Source: Lytechinus pictus (taxonomy: Eukaryota). From it: a stretch of 64,000 nucleotides of DNA. Positions 36,401-47,746 of this stretch are shown here, in pieces. Each line of letters opens with the position of its first letter. The stretch's first letter is position 1. The stretch is from NCBI RefSeq assembly GCF_037042905.1, contig NC_087251.1, forward strand, positions 42,906,001 through 42,970,000, read 5' to 3'. The notes beneath the pieces are model-generated. The model was not told where the DNA came from. It was given only the letters and a program-made list of their open reading frames with translations, and did not search any database. The position numbers were made by a program, and so were the translations under genes.

Positions 36401-39400
36401 ACTGTAAATTAGTTTAAAGTTTATTCATAAATATGTGTTTTGTCCTTGTATAATTATATCCATTCTTCCAATTTTTGTTGGTAAACTGAAAATTTTCTGG
36501 CTGAGAGTTGCATGTTTGAATTTTTTTTTTTAATACACCAATTCTATTCTATAGAGAGTCAAGAAAAGTTTAGTTCTTACCTCAAAGAGAATCCTCTGTG
36601 TTTCCCCTAGTTGTACTTCTGCGGTTTTGTCTACCTTATCTAGGATTGTGTCGGATGTGGATGTGAACTTTGATTTCTTCACATTCTTACTGATGTCCTC
36701 AAATACATCTGAAAGACACAATGATATATTTCAAACTGACTTACATGTGTTTCAAATTTCTATCAAATCAAGCTTGACTGAATATCATACTGTATTACAC
36801 AATAGTACACAGAATAGAAGAAAGACTAGGCTCACAATCATAGAAATTTATGAGACAAGGCACCATATTATATATTAATACTGGTATTTGTTTTTACCGA
36901 CTTCTGGACTTTGGTCCATGCTGAAATAGTCTGCACAAAGGAGTCAAATGTGTTTCCAATAATTCAGAGCAGATCCCACTTCTTTAGCAAGGTGCCTGAT
37001 GAAAATGGTGCTCAGTTTTAAAAATGTGCAGATTATTTTGACACGGCTCTTCAGTTATACATTTAATTTTTTCATTATTGGCATGGACCATGATTTTCGA
37101 AAGGGGTGGTAATGCACAGCAAATGATTAGTTGACAATTTAACATTCTATAAATACGGGCTCAGGTTAAGATGAATTCAATATATTGGCATATTAACCGT
37201 CCAAACATAACAAAGTACAGTGAACATTACCATTTTTTCATAAGTTAATTTGTTGATTTTTTTTTAATGTTTATTCTAACATGTGAGGATTATTACAATG
37301 TAGCATTTTCTCTTGGAGATATTTTTTATCTTCCTTTTAAAATGAATATCAGAAAGCTACAAAGATTATATCCTGAGAGTTTTAGCCCATATAGTTGGGA
37401 TCAAATTTCAACCCCCTAAGAAAACAAGTGGAACGCCTCTGGCAGTCTCGCCTGCATTACGCGATTTAATATAGTAGCAGTGCTAACTTTGAAAACTACT
37501 ATAAAATAATCATTCACAAAAACACCATTCATATAATGACATAATACCACGTTCATTGACCATAAATGACATTTGAACGGTGACTTAAGACTTGTCAACT
37601 ACACCCATGTCCACATTTCATTCACTCTATCAATAAACTTTCAAAGTTATGATGGCAATTCAACAATTACCCCAACATTGATTAAGTTTATTGACCTTAA
37701 CTGACCTTTGACCTTGGTTTTGTGACCTGAAACTCACAGGGGATGTTCAGTGACACTTGATTACTCTTATATCCCAAGTTTTATGAACTAGATCCATAAA
37801 CTTTCAGAGTTAGGTTGGTAATTCAACAAATACCCCCAACACGGCCAAAGTTCATTGACCTTTCATGACCTTTGACCATGGTCATGTGACCTGAAACTCG
37901 TACAGGATGTTCAGTGATACTTGATTACTCTTATGTCCAAGTTTTATGAACCAGATCCATAAACTTTCAGAGTTAGGATGGAAATTTAACAAATACCCCC
38001 AACACGGCCAAAGTTCATTGACCTTAAATGACCATTGACCATGGTCATGTGACCTGAAACTCGCACAGGATATTCAGTGGTACTTGATTAAACTAATGTC
38101 CAAGTTTCATGAACTAGATCCATAAATTTTCAAAGTTATGATGGTAATTCAAAAAATACCCCCAACTTGGCCAAAGTTCATTGACCCTAAATGACCTTTG
38201 ACCTTGGTCATGTGACCTGAAACTCAGGCAGGATGTTTACTCATACTTGATTAACCTTATGTCTAAGTTTCTTGAACTAGATCCATAAATTTTCAAAGTT
38301 ATGATAGTAATTCAACAAATACCCCCAACTTGACCAAAGTTCATTGACCCTAAATGACCTTTGACCTTTGTCACGTGACCTGAAACTCAAGCAGGATGTT
38401 CACTAATACTTGATTAACCTTATGTTCAAGTTTCATGAACTAGGTCCATATACTTTCTAAGTTATGATGTCATTTCAAAAACTTAACCTTAGGTTAAGAT
38501 TTGATGTTGACGCCGCCGCCGCCGCCGTCGGAAAAGCGGCGCCTATAGTCTCGCTCTGCTATGCAGGCGAGACAAAAATGCAATCATTTTGATTTTGGTT
38601 GAAGTATTCCGAATCTGACCCAAATAAGTTTTCTTACAAATCAGAAAATACATCTAATAAAATATGTTTTTACTTCAAATCTTTATAAAAGAGGTTTAAT
38701 ATTTCTTACTACTCACCTACTACATTTTCTGGTCTCTCATCTAGAACCTTTGTCAGTATTCTGCTGAGGTGATCATATCTGATTGAAAAAAAGAAAGAAA
38801 AAAAACTTGCAGCATAAATCATTTGTACAGCTTTCCAGCTACTAATTTCATGTTTCACAATACGGCACAAAATTTCGCGTTAGATTAAAATTGTGAAGAC
38901 CTGTGTAGACTGTATGTGCAGCCTGTAGCCAAAGGGCACCATTCCAAAAATGTACTAATTTAGTAATTAATTGATTCATATGAATTATGTGCATTGACTG
39001 TCGAGAAAACTCAGACTCAAGAGTATGGGGGGAGCTAAACCTACACTTTGTTTACAAACAATGAAGACTACATGTATGACAAATTTGAACAGATTGTCTT
39101 TCTCTTATTTGTAGTAAATATTTTAATTTAACCAAGAAAAAAAGACTCACTAAAATGAAAATCCTGCCATGTTTTCAAAACAACTTGTTTTACTTATTTC
39201 ACTGTCCAATGTGCAAGGGGTCCTAAAGTCACAATTTTATTTATCATGCAGAGAAATTGTAATTCCTGTGCCTCAATTTTCTTAATCATGTTCATAGGAA
39301 AACATAAAATTAAAGTGAATATAAATCTCAAACTTGAAACAGTTGCAGATTTTTTCTGCATTTTGTCAATTATGAAACCTTGAGAAAATTAGGAATTATT

Positions 39401-39834
39401 TGTCACACTGCAGTAACGCATTTTGCCATTGAAATTGATGTGCAATGAGTCCGTAGCTTAAGTTTTTATCTGCTCAAAGTACAGACCTTACCAAAGATAA
39501 GAAAGTAAAAAAGGGGCACATAACTTGCTTTACGTCTCAATACCCAAGTAAATAAAAGGACAAGTAGGCCTACCTTAACTTAAGTTTTTGTCAAATTAAA
39601 ATTTATTTGGGACATCGCCATCAGTCAACCTCTCAATCATACTTACAAATTGAGATTTGATTTGTTGCTTGCTTTCAGTAAGTAGGCCTTTGCATTCACC
39701 AATGCCTCTTCTTTGGGAGTCAAATTCACAGCCATGTTTGGTGGAGTTGCAACTGCTGTTCCTGTTGGAGTCTGTGGTTTGGGGGTTCCCGTTTTGGGAG
39801 TTCCTTCATTATTTTGAGTTTGAGTTTCATCCAT
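26342..39834 (-). CDS. RSPH4A: Radial spoke head protein 4/6 family (RSPH4A/RSPH6A-like; RSP4/6 homolog); 13 coding exons, 553 aa
   Basis: Minus-strand exons 39834-39647, 38778-38717, 36708-36581, 35983-35885, 35377-35201, 34398-34344, 33092-32979, 32220-32123, 30920-30779, 29400-29291, 28033-27892, 27249-27132, 26570-26342 are GT-AG, phase-consistent and total 1662 nt. Family motifs: [97 protein letters not shown]4A versus RSPH6A orthology cannot be resolved here. Confidence 0.95.
27132..27249 (-). CDS. RSPH4A: RSPH4/6 exon 12 ([39 protein letters not shown])
   Basis: CAG acceptor, GTAAGA donor. Confidence 0.93.
27892..28033 (-). CDS. RSPH4A: RSPH4/6 exon 11 ([10 protein letters not shown]...[14 protein letters not shown])
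   Basis: CAG acceptor, GTGAGT donor. Confidence 0.93.
28058..28347 (-). mobile_element. tRNA-derived SINE
   Basis: Reverse-strand B-box GGTTCGAATCCC, shared core, (TTA)n tail. Confidence 0.8.
29291..29400 (-). CDS. RSPH4A: RSPH4/6 exon 10 ([37 protein letters not shown])
   Basis: TAG acceptor, GTATGG donor. Confidence 0.93.
29424..30042. mobile_element. ~620-bp insertion with imperfect terminal inverted repeats and a subterminal hairpin
   Basis: CATGACGAAAACCTCCATTTG vs CAAACGGGGGTTTGACGTAATG; 9-bp stem 29987-30013; interrupts a 49-bp tandem repeat. Confidence 0.5.
30379..30735. mobile_element. hAT-like MITE with 8-bp TSD CACAACAG
   Basis: TIRs CAGTGGCGTACCTA / TAGGTACGCTAGTG; perfect TSD at 30371-30378 and 30736-30743. 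Confidence 0.85.
30779..30920 (-). CDS. RSPH4A: RSPH4/6 exon 9 ([37 protein letters not shown]...)
   Basis: TAG acceptor, GTAAGT donor. Confidence 0.93.
31830..32119 (+). mobile_element. tRNA-derived SINE inserted at the RSPH4/6 exon 8 donor, 9-bp TSD TACCTGTTG
   Basis: A/B boxes, core, (TTA)n tail; TSD at 31821-31829 and 32120-32128. Confidence 0.85.
32123..32220 (-). CDS. RSPH4A: RSPH4/6 exon 8 ([33 protein letters not shown])
   Basis: CAG acceptor, GTAATA donor. Confidence 0.92.
32233..32362. repeat. 31-bp tandem repeat (~4 units) next to the exon 8 acceptor
   Basis: AATAAATACAAAAGATCTTC.TAATTC.CGT repeated. Confidence 0.8.
32979..33092 (-). CDS. RSPH4A: RSPH4/6 exon 7 ([38 protein letters not shown])
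   Basis: CAG acceptor, GTAAGT donor. Confidence 0.92.
34344..34398 (-). CDS. RSPH4A: RSPH4/6 exon 6 ([18 protein letters not shown])
   Basis: TAG acceptor, GTATTC donor; needed to join phase 0 to phase 1. Confidence 0.82.
34475..34766 (+). mobile_element. tRNA-derived SINE
   Basis: Closely similar to 31830-32119. Confidence 0.85.
35201..35377 (-). CDS. RSPH4A: RSPH4/6 exon 5 ([18 protein letters not shown]...CRFWGKIFG...EGE9)
   Basis: CAG acceptor, GTTAGC donor. Confidence 0.93.
35885..35983 (-). CDS. RSPH4A: RSPH4/6 exon 4 (RNQEEAEH...[15 protein letters not shown])
   Basis: CAG acceptor, GTGAGT donor. Confidence 0.9.
36581..36708 (-). CDS. RSPH4A: RSPH4/6 exon 3 ([12 protein letters not shown]...QRILFE)
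   Basis: CAG acceptor, GTAAGA donor, phase fits. Confidence 0.9.
37424..38578. mobile_element. Helentron-associated (HINE/pearl-like) element with ~163-bp central tandem repeats
   Basis: Subterminal inverted repeat GTCTCGCCTGCAT (37445) / ATGCAGGCGAGAC (38561), terminal hairpin, (GCC)n, units at 37702, 37866, 38029, 38192, 38355; reverse end fragment at ~51065-51128. Confidence 0.7.
38717..38778 (-). CDS. RSPH4A: RSPH4/6 exon 2 ([21 protein letters not shown])
   Basis: CAG acceptor, GTGAGT donor. Confidence 0.92.
39647..39834 (-). CDS. RSPH4A: RSPH4/6 coding exon 1 ([14 protein letters not shown]...[16 protein letters not shown])
   Basis: ATG at 39834; GTAAGT donor; NAKAYLL family motif. 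Confidence 0.85.
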
Positions 39835-40206
39835 TATTAACTTCAATCAAGTATTTTTTGTATGAACTGCACAACTTCAACTGATCTGACTTCTGTACTT
39901 AGTCCTAGCTAGATTCACAATCAGGGATTCCAGCTATCCAGTCACCGACACTGCTCACAGTCACACTCACAGGCAGGGTACGGTAACACCGGCCAAGATC
40001 TACGGCAACGCCTCGGCAGTCCACTCCTTCACTTCGCTCACACCAAATTAATCGTGCTTCGTCCTCGATTTCCAGGCTCTAGAACAAAATGAACAAGTTG
40101 AAATTCAATAAAAGTGGATGGAAATATTAAATCAGGTAATTGAAAACAGGGCAAGAATCACTTCACATACAAAAATCAATCATAGCAAAATTCTAAGAGA
40201 ATTTAC

Positions 40207-40265
40207 CAACAATATCCGTACAATTTGTCCAGCTGACTTGTCCGCGGCCTGTTGCTATGGGGGTC
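40207..40265 (-). promoter_or_regulatory. Candidate RSPH4/6 promoter with RFX X-box half-site and possible short 5' UTR exon
   Basis: GTTGCTATGG at 40251-40260; possible minus-strand intron 40206-40079 (GTAAAT...TTTTGTTCTAG). RFX control of ciliary genes is established; use of this site is inferred. Confidence 0.35.
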
Positions 40266-41844
40266 GTATTTATTATCATATCGGCGATATCAACGAACGT
40301 AGAGGGCGTCAACACTTAAGGATGTATGTGTAGGCACTGAACTAGAAATACGTATTTCTAGTTCAGTGTGTGTAGGAAGCATGAGTAGACAAAATTCAAA
40401 TTCAGGACTGTGAATAAAAATGTCGGTTCAGGGTGCTTTTTTTTGGGGGGGTGGGGGCTCGAGGGGTAGATCCAGCTTATACCAATGGGGGTGGGTCGGA
40501 TCGGCAATGGCGTACAGATGGGGGCTTGGGGAAGGCGCGTGCCCCCCTTTTGAGAAGCAAAATTAAAATTCATAATGTAAAAATGCCATTGAAAGCGAGG
40601 TTTGCCCCCTTTTTCGAAATTGAAGGCCTTTTTTTTTTGCTTGTCAATTTTTTCGCGTAACGAAATATCTTTTATTTGTGGGTGAAAACCTTTTTTTTCT
40701 TTTTTTTTTCTTTTTAATTTTTTATTTGGTACAAAATATCCTTCATTTGTGGTTGAAAACCTTTTTTTGGGGGGGGGCTTGTCAAAATTTTCCTCCGAAT
40801 TTTTTTGGAAAATCCTAGATCCGCCCCTGGCTCAGGGCCATGGACCCCCAAAAAAATTAAATAAATACTTAACTAAATAAATCAATAACTAAATACATAA
40901 ATATATAAATACATAAATAAATGAAATAAATAAATAAGTAAATAAATAAAAAATTAATCAATCAAGAAAAAAAGGAGAAAATGAAAGAGAGATGGGGAAA
41001 ATGTTATGTCAAAATCTATCAAATAGCTCACTTCGCCCACTCGCATTCATTTCTTCTTCTTTTTTAATTTTGTCAGATATACAATGTCTGTCCCCCTCAA
41101 AGTTTGTAGGCTCATTATACGCCACAGCTGGGAGTCCCTGAGTCCCTTTACCCCTCCCGCTTTTAATTGCATAATTGATTTATGTGATGGGCTCAAATAT
41201 CGCAGCTATCTTCAAAATGTGTTTACTTTCAAATAAATAAACGTATCATTTTAATAGTATAATATAGGTTTTCTCGTCCAATTTCATCAAAATTTCAACC
41301 GATTTAATGATGTAATAGTTCAATTTACAACTAATTTGAATGACCTGTGAGATCAACATTTGAATAACCAAATACTTAATTCAATTTAATTCTATTGGCA
41401 CGCGATTTCACGGTTATCTCATTCAAACAAGTATAAAGAACGATCAAATTAAAAAAGCTGAAGAAGTGTTTTCAAATTCGCACCGGTACCCTCCTTGCGA
41501 ACGTGTATAGGAATTCAAATTCATTAATATGCAATCACTTATAGGATATGGATAGTGTTTTTCGTTGTTGTTTTTTATACTCCTTTTGAATAATTATGAA
41601 AATGGGTTTTACTGCTAAATTGGATGTTTACAATTTTAATGAAATGTATCATCCTTCTGACAAACTATCATCGGAACAACAACTCGTTTTTGTTCCACTT
41701 TCATGACTGTAGACTGTGGTCTGGTCAATACCATGTTTCTCATCCCTTCCCCAAAACGATATCATATACAATAATGTAAAATAAAAAAGAACAAAGATAA
41801 TGAAGAAAAAATACCTACCATTGGCATAGGTCATCCACCCACTC

Positions 41845-42019
41845 ACTGGCGGATCCAGGGGGGGGGGCACAGTCGGCTCGTGCCCCCCCCCTTGAGAGGC
41901 ACAATATTAATTGTTTTTTTCGCTGACGAAATTAATACCCTTATTCTCTGGTTAAAAACCCTTTTTTGCTAGTCAAATTGCGCCCCCCCCCCCTTTGGGA
42001 ACTCCTGAATCCGCCCCTG
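41845..42019. mobile_element. hAT-like MITE (CACTGGCGGATCCAG...GAATCCGCCCCTG)
   Basis: TIRs; near-perfect 8-bp flanks CACCCACT/CACTCACT; relative at ~40505-40829. Confidence 0.7.
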
Positions 42020-43316
42020 CACTCACTCATCAAATACCGTTTACAACCATATCCTATATGTTACATGAATTACGTCTTTATCAAACACAATGAGATAAAA
42101 TAATTTTGATACCCGATCATATTAAGCAATTACAGGCACAGCGTAGAAAAAATTATCTTTTGACAGAATATCAGTAGGCCTATAATTACAAAAGGGACCT
42201 TAAAGGGAAAGTTGACCCTGACAAAAAGTTTATTTTAAAAATAGCAGAAAAAAAATAATGAAAAATATTGCCAAAGGTTTGAGAAAAATCTATCAAAGAA
42301 AAAAAAATATTAGAATTTGAATTATTTGATTTGTGACGTCATATAATTATATGCGAGCAGCTTTTCTACATAGCCCTATCGTATGGTAAAAAAAATCAAA
42401 TAAATGTCATTTTCTTAGAAAATTGAAAATGTTTTTTTACTGTACCTAGATAAATGAATTGAAAAATAAAACTATCTTCCTAATTATCGAAAAAAAAAAT
42501 CTTTGTCAACAACTATGAAACAAGACAGAGGTGACGGAACCCGTCATTTTGAAAATATGTATATAACGGAGGGGCTGAAAATGCATAAAATCACAATGAT
42601 TGTCTTTTTCATGTTTCTTTATGTGACTACTGAAACTGAAAATAAGGGGGCTGAAACCCACAACCCTGGGGGCCGTTTCATAAAGCTGTTCGTAAGTTAA
42701 GAGCAACTTTAAGAGGGACTGGTGAACCTTTCTTATGCGCTTAACCATGTTAACCATCGCCAATGAATATACCCTTTACTACAAGAAAGGAGTCGTTCTT
42801 AAAGTCGCTCTTAACTTACGAAGACAGACAAATTTATATCCTATTACTAATATCTTCATGTTTTTTTTACCCTCGTTGCAATTTCGGGATAATGTGGACC
42901 CCCTCTCTCTTTCGTTCTCTCACACATGGCCTTTGTTCTTTATTGTCTGATTTGTATGCTGAAAATTGATAAATAAATTAAATATAAGCAACCAATAACT
43001 TCAAAAATTAAAAATGAAATTTCTCTCTTAATCCCTTGCCTTCTGCTCTTTTTTCTCCCAGCCCTATATAATTAAGAATTGACAAAATCGTACGTCATAA
43101 AAGAAATAATTATGTAACAGATTAATTAGATAAAGAAGAAGGCGTGATTCCCTAAAAGCAAAAGCTTATGGCGCGATTATTTTAAATATATTCTTTTATT
43201 TTTCAGATCTTCTTCCATTATTCAGTTTGAACTGGGTCAACCGCGGATTTCATTTTGGAGGGGGCGGAAAATAAATGCATGCGAAGCGTGCCAACCAACA
43301 CTTACAGAGCGCGTAA

Positions 43317-43737
43317 AGGCGACCGCACACCTTACAATTGGTCTGCATGCGACCCGATTTCAGAATAAAATGTAGTAGAATTCGATGCTAATATTGAGAC
43401 TTGGAATATCTTACTGTGTAATGTTCTAAATCGTTGTACGAATACCTATGTTCAAATATGTGACTATGCTATCATCCTTCTTAGAATAAAAGCGAATTTA
43501 ATATCTAGTCGTAATGACGTCATAGCAGTCGTACGATTGGCTATACGATTTGAAACTAATTTGGCCTTTACTCCAAAATAAAGGCTTGCAATCTTTCAAA
43601 ATGTTTATATTAGTATTCTTTCAATTAATTCTAACCTCAAATAAAATGATATGTTCCATTCACATTTTTAGAAAATGAGCAAAATGCGATTTGTTCCAAA
43701 ATCGGATCGTGAACAGTCGTAAGGTGTGCGGTGGCCT
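43317..43737. mobile_element. PIF/Harbinger-type MITE, TAA TSD
   Basis: TAA|AGGCGACCGCACACCTTAC ... GTAAGGTGTGCGGTGGCCT|TAA. Confidence 0.8.
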
Positions 43738-43908
43738 TAAAGCGCTTTACCTATATAGGGGGTGAGCGAAGCGCGAATTAAGCTTTCGGTGTTTCATAAA
43801 TTAAAATGAAAAGGAGCCGTCTCTCTTGTCTCTAGTACCTATATCAGTTCCAATTCAGTTGACTATATTGTGATTTTGAACCTTGTTTTCAAAAGTGATT
43901 GTGAACGC

Positions 43909-44149
43909 CATTGGCGGCGCAAGCCAAACAATTTAGGACCACCAAAATTTCTTGATAGGCAAAAAAAAAAAAAAAAGTTATATATCAACCAAATTTTAGG
44001 GGGGACCGACAAAAAATTTTGACAAGCAAAAAAAAAAGAAAAAAAAAAGGGTCATCAACGAAAAATTTAGGGGGGGGACCGTCCCCCCCCACCTCAAATT
44101 TAGGGGGGACACGTCCCCCTGTCCCCCCCCCCCGCTTCCGCCGCCTATG
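43909..44149. mobile_element. hAT-like MITE with 8-bp TSD GTGAACGC
   Basis: TIRs CATTGGCGGCG / CGCCGCCTATG; perfect TSD at 43901-43908 and 44150-44157. Confidence 0.85.
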
Positions 44150-44221
44150 GTGAACGCACAAAAAGGGATAAAATGGAGGAAATTAAAATAATAATTACCC
44201 CGCATGAAGCGAGGAAGCTAA

Positions 44222-44385
44222 TACCTTGGTCACATTTGTTCTACGGCGGCCGTACGGCGAGTCGAAAACAGTCGTTTTATTCATTTTTATTCAAACCACC
44301 TATATGTAGCTGGTACAAAAAAAATGTTAAAACGGCTGTTTTCGACTCGCCGTACGGCCGCCGTAGAACAAATGTGACCAAGGTA
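44222..44385. mobile_element. Palindromic PIF/Harbinger-type MITE, TAA TSD
   Basis: ~58-bp near-perfect TIRs flanked by TAA on both sides. Confidence 0.85.
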
Positions 44386-44436
44386 TAAAGCGTTCAATTT
44401 TGTTGCAAAGAAAAGGGTTAGAAAGTCAAAAAGGGG

Positions 44437-44473
44437 CCTAAGCTTTCGATCCTAGCAGAATCTTCGTCGGAAG
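44437..44473 (-). ncRNA. Degenerate minimal hammerhead ribozyme motif (Penelope-type)
   Basis: Minus strand CCGACGA-A-GATTCT-GCT-AGGATC-GAAA-GC-TT; the core has C in place of U at position 2 of CUGANGA. Confidence 0.45.
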
Positions 44474-46179
44474 GGTTCGGAGAAAAGGGTTCGGAGAAAA
44501 GGGTATTCTCTAAGTTAAATTGAATGCTTCCCTTGGAAAGATCAGATATGATTACAAACTATTTAGCGACACGGACAGTGCATATCTTTAACTCGCAAAC
44601 CAGAGGAGAAGAAGGGTATATGCCGGGAGGAAGATATTCCTCCCCGCGCAGAGCAATGAAACTCTGAAATTTCAAAGGGCGGACGTCATCAAATGCAGAT
44701 GTCTCTACCACATCGGCTCTAATTCAATTGATTTTCTAAGATTATTGAACTTCATTACAAGGAAAATAGTGCGCAAAAAGTTGAAACTTCTGTGATTTAT
44801 TGAAATTATATAAAAAAGAGGATGATGTATAATTTCTTTGACTTATCCTGAAGCGTTTCATTTTGAATGATAAAGAAACTTAAGTGTCATTCAAAATTTC
44901 AAACTGACGGCGCAAAACAGGACAGGAGATGAATGTGCAGGGAAATGACATGAAGTTTAATTGAATTTGATAAAAAAAATATTGTACTTTTTTAAATTTA
45001 ATACGACACAAATTTTATACTTTCCTCGTTTTAAACTTAGGAACCTGTTTGCCCCCAAATTATAGTTGTTTTGTAATGAGCTGAAAAGCAGGAGAAGTTG
45101 GCAAATGGAGGTGACGGCGGAAATTGATATAAAGATTTTATCCGCCCGGAGATGACCCGACCAGAAGTTGAGCGATCAATTTGAAAAATATATATATATA
45201 CTTCGGCATAACCTTACTCTAATTCCATGCCCTAATGTATACATTTGAACTTTAACTGGCAAGAAACAGGGTTAGAGAAAAGGTGAGGGAAACAAAAGAG
45301 AACTGCAATATTGTCATTTAACCGCGCGGAAGCAAAATTCATATATATAAATTTAGAGCAAGAATGAAGGAGTTTCTCTTTTGAGAAAAAAAAAGAAATA
45401 CACACAAAGCTACCTTTCTTCCCTTCCCTCCCCTCCCTTCGCTTTTCCTTTTTTCCTCTCTTTTTTTCCTTTGGGGGACGTTTGGGGGGGGGGGGTCGAC
45501 CGCCCCCACCGCCCCCCCCCCTGGCTACGCGCCTGAGCTGGGTGATTGGGCAGAATTAAAGTATTTATATAGCCAAAAACATCACTAGTCTCTACACACA
45601 GACATTGGTTTTCTATTTGGAATGGGGGGGGGGGGGGGGACTTAATTGAACTTAAATATGTATTCCGTTACTGATTTACTCTCTTAAAAAATATACTTTT
45701 TCCCGGGCCGGGACGTTTTCTTTATTGTGTCATAATATACTTTTCAAAAGTTTTTTTTACGGGTATAGTCACTCTAAGGGGGTGTTGCAAGAAAATTTCT
45801 GCGATCAATTGCAAATATTCTGTTGCAATTTTACAACTGATAGATCAACGTTAGCTGTAGCAAATCAGATTAAACTTCTTGTTTCAAGGAGCAAATTAGC
45901 AATCAATCACTAATTTGAAATTAACTGCAAGAGATATGATTGATTTAGGATCGACCATGCAGAAATTGACTTGCAATTGATCGCAAGTTTCTTGCAACAC
46001 CCCATTAGTGTTATTGCAAATAATTAATGCCATCCCCCCCCCCCCAAACCCAGGGTTACCCTCTCATGAATATTTGTAGTGGTCAAAATCAGGGGAGTAT
46101 TTCATGAAAAACAAAATAATAGGCCTAAAATTATCTACAATTTGCATAAAATTTGTTTCATGCCTTGTTCTCAATCCAC

Positions 46180-46348
46180 AGAGATACAGAGATACGAACT
46201 CATATCCGTCCACCAACTGCCGCAGTGTTGACGCCCTCTACGTTTGTGTTGACGATCCGCAAGCGAAATATCGAGAGCGCTGACTGGAGGTGGTTTTACG
46301 AATTGTGGACCAAAAAACGGAATTACTAACCATTTTCTTTGTGTTTGC
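46180..46348 (+). promoter_or_regulatory. Candidate SAV1 promoter / non-coding first exon
   Basis: Non-repetitive CpG-rich patch ending in a GTGAGT donor at 46349; the first SAV1 coding exon has an acceptor just upstream of its ATG, so an upstream exon is expected. Inference only. Confidence 0.35.
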
Positions 46349-47276
46349 GTGAGTATTGATATAAAGTCTCTTTGTAATACATTGTATGAGTATGCATTAG
46401 CTATTGTATTTACTTGTTTGTGAAATTTAGTAGTCAGTGAGTAGGCCTAAATTGGATCATGTTTTGTTTTCTTAATCTTATTCCATCGTCTAATCGGAAC
46501 TCGATACCGGCACGCCCCTAGCTACGCCACGGCAGCCGGGCGCGGCCGGCAGTGCAGTGCCAGTGGAAGAGCTAGAGCTCCTGGCCCGGAGGTCGCAGTC
46601 CCGGAGTCCAGCCCAGGACTCGTCCGTGTAAACTAATATTAATTACAGTAGGCAGAGCCAGAGCACTCCACTCCTAGTATGGTAGGGGGTCCTAAAGCTG
46701 CGCAGGTCCTAAAGCTACGCACCACTCATTGCGCATGCAGTTTTTATGGCAAATGCGCACTCTGACTGTGTGTGGAACTGTGACTGCAGATGAGTGACGA
46801 ACGATTCCTATTCAATTTTATTTACAGAGGCTGCAGTAAATCTCTAAATGCAGAGAAAACCAACAAATGTTTGGAATTTTGGAGTTATATTCGCTTTAAT
46901 TTCATTTATCTTATATCAATAATTTGAATATATTTTAGAAATTGAGGCACAGGCAATACTGTTTTTTGCATGATAAATCGAGTGCGTAGCTTTACTTAGG
47001 ACCCCTTCTACATCGGGCGGCGAAATCAAGAGGTGTTCGGAAAACACGGCGGGATTTTCGTATTAGTGAGTTTTGCGATATTTTCTTCTTGGTTAACGAT
47101 CTTTAGAATGTTTGCCAAAAATTAGTGAAAGATGATTTGTTGAAATATTAGAATTGGGATAGTTTTCATTGTTTGAAAACAAAGTGCGTAGCTTTAGGTC
47201 CCCCCATCTTACCAATGAGGTCCAAACATTAACATGTATGGACCTCATAGACCTTATCGCAAATAGATTCACACAA

Positions 47277-47746
47277 CAGTAGAGGCGCACGGCCAATATT
47301 GGAGACTCGACTGTCTCCAATGTGGGAGATTATCTCCAAAAGAGTCCAATATCAGAGGCTTTTGTAAAGAATTTGGGTATCCAATTTCAGATTCAGAGAC
47401 AGTCTCCAGTTTTGGAGATCAATTTCCTTTGTTTACATTTGCTGCAAAAGGATTACCTTGGCAGCAAATAGAAATGTGGTAAGCAGATTCCTCATAAAAA
47501 ATTACTCCTTTTCACCATCTACTTTAAAAATTCACCGTCTACTTTTGTTTTGATAAGGATTTTTGTTGTCAATCACACACAAAACAAATGGGCTTCTGAC
47601 CTCGGTGAGACAAAATTTTGGGTGGAAAAAAAATCATGTTTTTGTTGGTGTTGTTTCTTTTGTCCTTTTGCAAAGCAAGTCTCCAATGTGAGAGATTGTC
47701 TCCCCTATTGGAGAGAGTCTCCCATATTGGCCGTGCGCCTCTACTG
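47277..47746. mobile_element. CAGTAGAGGCGCACGGCCAATAT-terminus MITE with 5-bp TSD CACAA
   Basis: Long near-perfect TIRs; CACAA on both flanks. Confidence 0.85.
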
